From contig OX597815.1 in NCBI GenBank assembly GCA_951406725.2, positions 38,378,001 to 38,442,000 of the forward strand: a DNA stretch of 64,000 nucleotides, read 5' to 3'. Position numbers and translations under genes: made by a program. Each line of letters begins with the position of its first letter. Position 1 is the stretch's first letter. Positions 59,170-64,000 of this stretch are shown here, in pieces. The notes under the pieces were generated by a model that saw only the letters and a program-made list of their open reading frames with translations, was not told the origin of the DNA and searched no databases. This DNA comes from Octopus vulgaris. Taxonomy: Eukaryota.

Positions 59170-59480
59170 CAGAGATACCCGGAGTTGCCCGGTTACATTC
59201 ACTTGAAGAATTAGACTTTTCTGTTATATTTTCTGTAATGAACTGGAATATATATGTTTCGAATTTCATCAAAATTGCAGATGAGGGTTATTTCCCTCTT
59301 TACTCACCCTACAAAATTTGTAATCGTGCCACATGTATCCCATACTACTGATTTTATGCGCATATTCCAAACTTTCAGTGTTATTGAACCTGTTAAAAAG
59401 ATTTTGCTCCTAAAAAGTGTAAGTCATGGAGCTCTAAAATGTGAGAGTTCAGGCCCATGTTGGGGGTGGGTATCTTAATG
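59165..59480 (-). mobile_element. Helitron-like 3' end
   Basis: Minus strand ccgggcaactccggg hairpin followed by tatctctgCTA, resembling the 12126-12153 terminus. Confidence 0.5.
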
Positions 59481-59684
59481 TCAACCAGAGAAGTTGAATT
59501 GTTGAAAATCTTTTTAACTTGGGTCTTATATCTATTGTTTAAATTTCTTTGAAATATGAAATATATGTTCACTGGGTTTGTAAAAGAGAGCAAAGCTACA
59601 GGAAACCAAACGACGAATGATTACATTAAGCAGTCAGTTACCCTACCCTAGTCGTTACTTGAAGTACCGGCTCAAGAACTATGT

Positions 59685-59755
<71 letters not shown>

Positions 59756-59879
59756 ACATATATGTATATATGTATATATATACACACACACACAAAGATA
59801 AATTGATAGATACAACTGAGTGGGCAAACAAAAATATGAGACACTTCGTAGTGCTTTTTTATATTTTGATAAGCCTGGT

Positions 59880-60178
59880 ATTTATTCTATCAGTTTCTTC
59901 TTGTGAAACCAGTAAGTTATGGGGATGTAAATAAACGAACACCAGTTGTGAAGCAGTGATGAGAGAGAAACACGAAGACACACACATAGACTTACATATA
60001 TACATACATATATATATACAATTGATTTCTTTCAGTTTCTGTCTACAAAATCCACTGAAAAGGCTTTAGTTGGTCTCAGACTATAGCAGAAGACACATGC
60101 CAAGTTACCACACAGTGGGACTGAACTGAGGACCATGTGTTTTGGAACAAAGTTTGTTACCACACAGCCACACCTGCA
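59880..60178 (-). mobile_element. SINE family A, degenerate
   Basis: ttcagtttctgtctac...cagtgggactgaac...cacacagccacacctgc. Confidence 0.7.
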
Positions 60179-60289
60179 CTTATGCGTGTCTGTGTGCGTG
60201 TGTGTGTGTGTGTGCGTGTGTGCGTATGGGTGTATATATGTATGCATATATATATATGTATATATATATGTGTACATATTACATGTACA

Positions 60290-60339
<50 letters not shown>

Positions 60340-60432
60340 TAGACATACATGTATATCTTTAGAAATACATCTATACATATACAGGTATGCATATGCATGT
60401 ATACATATACAGCTATATATATATATATATAC

Positions 60433-60465
<33 letters not shown>

Positions 60466-60579
60466 CAACCATATACATACAATAGAGAGATGTTTATGTT
60501 TCACTTTTAACACGTAAGACTGAGATAGTGGAGAAGATATGATATTGCTGTGGCCTCGCCCTAGGCAAGAAGTTAGAAT

Positions 60580-60700
60580 TTTTTGCCCATGACACTACAT
60601 GAACCCTAAGTAAGGCATGTGTAAATTTTGAATGAAATTAGTTGTGTAGCTCTCAAGTTTTAGGGAAACACACAGACAGACAGATACACATTCTCAGTTT

Positions 60701-60710
<10 letters not shown>
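60580..60710 (-). mobile_element. Helitron-like 5' end
   Basis: Minus strand tatatacaaaactgagaatgtgtatctgtctgtctgtgtg...aatttcattcaaaatttacac, similar layout to 11775-11885. Confidence 0.4.
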
Positions 60711-60750
<40 letters not shown>

Positions 60751-61406
60751 TGCTTACACACACATACATGCATATATATATTTGGAATTTACAAAAGAAA
60801 CAAACAAATGACGAAGACGGGTGTGTAAACAGCAAATAGGTTTATTAGTTTAACGCTCCGGACTTAGGAAAATTTATATAGTGAGTACTACTCATTTTAA
60901 AAATAGATAAAGGGGACACAAGAATTCATTTATTCACCCCTGTATAAAAAATTCCACGATATTAGCATCATACATTAACCACCTCATACATTCTAGTATT
61001 GAGTATAATTAACGATGATTGATAATTACTGAATCAACACCATAGAACATATATACTAAATCGTATAGGCTTTGCATCAAGGAATCGAATAGCATACTAT
61101 ACGCTAGTAATAGAAATAAAGACATTTTCTTTATTAGGCACTCAGGCCACTAACACAGAGGGGACACTACAAGGACAGACACAACACCACAGTGGGGACA
61201 AAATCACAAAACGAATGAGTATGAATATTATATATTAATGAATGATGACTGGCTGCATGGGCCCACTCCTCATGCAGTACCATTTGAACATTTGTACACA
61301 CAGTAACTATCTATTGTTTTTTCTTTCCTTAATTATCGTTTTTTTCCAAAAACTTTTTCCTTCTTTTTTTTTAAATAAGACCAATTAATTTTACATTTAT
61401 TCCTCT

Positions 61407-62390
61407 TTAACGCCTCATGTAAGGCTCCAATTCTAACAGGTCGATTACTGGTGGCAGCTCGTTGAACTCCACCAGTGCTCCGGCTGTGTCAATTTTACTT
61501 CCACACATGTCTCTCAGTTTCTTATAGGTTTCCCTATCGACCACAATGGCATTCACACTCTCTGGGTACACGTCGTTTGGTAACTTTACCCTTATAATGT
61601 GCTTGAACTTTACGATTTTTTCTCCACCTCCTCGTTCTTGGAATAGGTCACGAAATTCCATTTGTAACTCCCTCCTCTCTGCTTTCTCTTTTTTTCCTCC
61701 ACTACCCTTCCTATTATAGATTCCTCTATACTCTTCTCTGAGTCTAGGACCTTCTCTTTCTCCGTCTCTACTGTAAACAGTTTCTCCGTTTCGTCCACTT
61801 GTAGTTGAATTCCTGAGTCTTCCGTCAATTTACCTATCATCTTCATATTTGTTTCCTCCTTCTCTGACTCTTTTTCACACATCTTCTCAATTATTTTTCC
61901 CCTTCCTTTTCCGTCTCACTTTTATCATCTTTCTTTCTCGTTACCTCTTTCTTTTCCATCTCTTCTTTCTGCTTTTTCTGATTAGTCGGTGGTGGGCTTA
62001 CTCTACCGCTCCTCTTTCTTTTTCTTTCCACTAGTGTGAATTCTTCTACCGCTGTTGTCTCATTATTCTCACCTGTTAGTGCCTGTTCGACCTATTCTGT
62101 AGTCTCTCTCTGTTCTTTTCGTGGGCATCTCGCCTTCGTGTGTTCTTTTTCGCCACATTCGTAACACATTTCGCCAAATTCTTAGTCTTCTTCCTAACGT
62201 TGCTCATTTGTTCCTCTGGTGGCGTCAACCTTATCTTTCCGCCTTCCTTTTTCAGCAGCTTCTCACTAGCCGTCATCTTCCTGGGCTCTACCTTTATTTC
62301 AAAGGTCTCTAATGCTTCCTTCGCTGCTCCTCTTCCAGGTGCAGCTGCATAGCTGTAGCTGCCCTCTGGCGCCTTCTCCATTTTCCTCAA
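61407..62390 (-). pseudogene. Retrotransposon ORF1/gag-like remnant with CCHC zinc knuckle
   Basis: SYAAA N-terminus; frameshifted CYECGEK-HTKARCP at ~62123-62165; charged low-complexity C-terminal half. Confidence 0.6.
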
Positions 62391-63090
62391 CGGGAAAGTT
62401 TAACAACACAAAAATTAACGGTATAACAAACGATATTAACAACGGTTTTAACAACAGTAGTAATCAACAATAAATTCTACTCACAAATAAAATTCAACTT
62501 CAATAACTCAACTTATTAAATAAAATTACAGACATTTTAGTATGTTGTAAGCATAAATATTCAGCGTCTTATAATTTTCTTAAACTTTAAAATTTAATTT
62601 TTTAGAATATAAAATTTTATAGCTTTTTGAAAATACGATCCAATTAGATCATTAGATCCAATGAACACTTATGCACAAACCTGTAATCTTAAATTCTTTT
62701 TTTATAGTAGTATATATCAGTACAAATGGAATATTCCCATTGGCTATTATTTGCATGATTAACTAAAGTTAACCTTTCAATGATTTTCATTTCTTATTTA
62801 AACGTGGTAATCCTCTTGAAAAACTTTATGACATGATATAATGCTGTCACTTATTCATCGATACTCAAAAACTGAACTTTCACCAACTGAATACTCACCA
62901 TGTAGTGCCTTACTGCTTTTTGTTGGATTTTACCTCGAGAAAGAAACCCTGAGGATGGAGGGCTGAATTTCGAATACTTCGTACAACCACTTTTCTGAAA
63001 CGGCTGCAGGTTAGGAAAAAATTTTAATCGCCTCTTTTAATTTATGTTTTTATGTTTCATGTTTATATTTGTATTTCATTGCTATGTTTA

Positions 63091-63366
63091 TATTGGGTTG
63101 TCCGGAAAGTTCGTTCCAATTTTTAAAGGAATGTAAAAGGTCACTAAATACTTGCCATTACATTTTTAATTAACCAAATCTGAACCATTTCGTTGCACAA
63201 TACGTCTCCATCTTTCCTTTGCCTTGAAAATACCCTCTTCCCAGAATTGGGATGGTTTCAAGGCAAAGAATTCAAGGTATCTTTTTACGTCATCTAAGGA
63301 ATTGAAATTTTCACCATTAAGACTATTCTGCAGAGACCTGAATAAGTGGAAATCCGAAGGAGCAAC
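63091..63366 (-). mobile_element. mariner 3' fragment with TIR
   Basis: APSDFHLFRSLQNSL...FWEEGIFK..ERWRRIV..NG; terminus tattgggttgtccggaaagtt. Confidence 0.85.
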
Positions 63367-63367
63367 C

Positions 63368-64000
63368 TTAGGGTGTCCACGAAGTCTGGGTACACGGAAT
63401 AAAATCATAACATAAACAAATAAATATAAGAAATAATAATTTTCCGATTTTACTTTTGTTTAAATTAAATTTAAAAAATACTTTACTTTTCTAAATTTAT
63501 TTGTTAATTTTTCTACAGATGATCGAATGATGGCTCAGTCTAAAGAAGAAAGAATCGAGATAGTATTATTAGGTGGACGAGAAGGATGGTCTTATCGCAA
63601 AATTGCGGAAGAATTTAATCTTCGACACACTTATAGGCAACCTATTTATTTTACTGCCGTCGGGAAATTGATCAAGAAATTTAAAGAAACAGGCAGTGTT
63701 TTGGATAAACCCCGTTCCGGGCGACCAAAGACTTCAGATGAAACGAAAGAGGCTGTCATGGCTAAAGTTTCTGCTAGCCCAAAGAAATCACTTCGTCGAA
63801 CATCCACAGTGTTAGGTGTTCCAAAACCAACCATCCACAGAATGCTGGTTGAGGAAAAGTTTCATCGATACAACCTACAGATATTGCATCACTTAAATGA
63901 AGACGACCCTGATAGACGAATGTAGACTTGCGAATGGTTTTCAAATAAATTAGGTGAAAATATCAATTTTACGAAAGACTTTGTGTTGTTCAGTGACAAA
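63368..64000 (+). mobile_element. Tc1/mariner-superfamily element, 5' part (transposase from 63527, premature stop at 63923-63925)
   Basis: HTH region, KFKETGSVLDKPRSGRP, SPKKSLRR; the frame continues past TAG to VLFSD; terminus-like tagggtgtccacgaagt. Confidence 0.85.

Overview
AT-rich, microsatellite-dense eukaryotic DNA, most likely from an octopus (inferred from the SINE families). I found no host-gene exon, and most ORF-track entries are microsatellite artefacts. The window is a mosaic of decayed mobile elements: at least five Penelope-like element (PLE) remnants (Neptune-like and Naiad-like RT/GIY-YIG), R4/Dong-like and CR1-group LINE fragments, a zinc-knuckle ORF1, hAT, mariner and Tc1 pieces, Helitron-like elements, MITEs and many SINEs. 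The most notable hidden layer is about 16 type-I hammerhead-ribozyme (HHR) motifs, intact, degenerate or partial. Most sit in inverted terminal repeats bracketing PLE or non-coding bodies. Two different Neptune-like elements share a compensatory U3-A8 core variant (TTGAAAA instead of CTGANGA). There is also a 352-bp retrozyme-like tandem repeat and a ~3-kb non-coding element with two identical canonical HHR arms. All motifs were parsed by eye and element boundaries are approximate.
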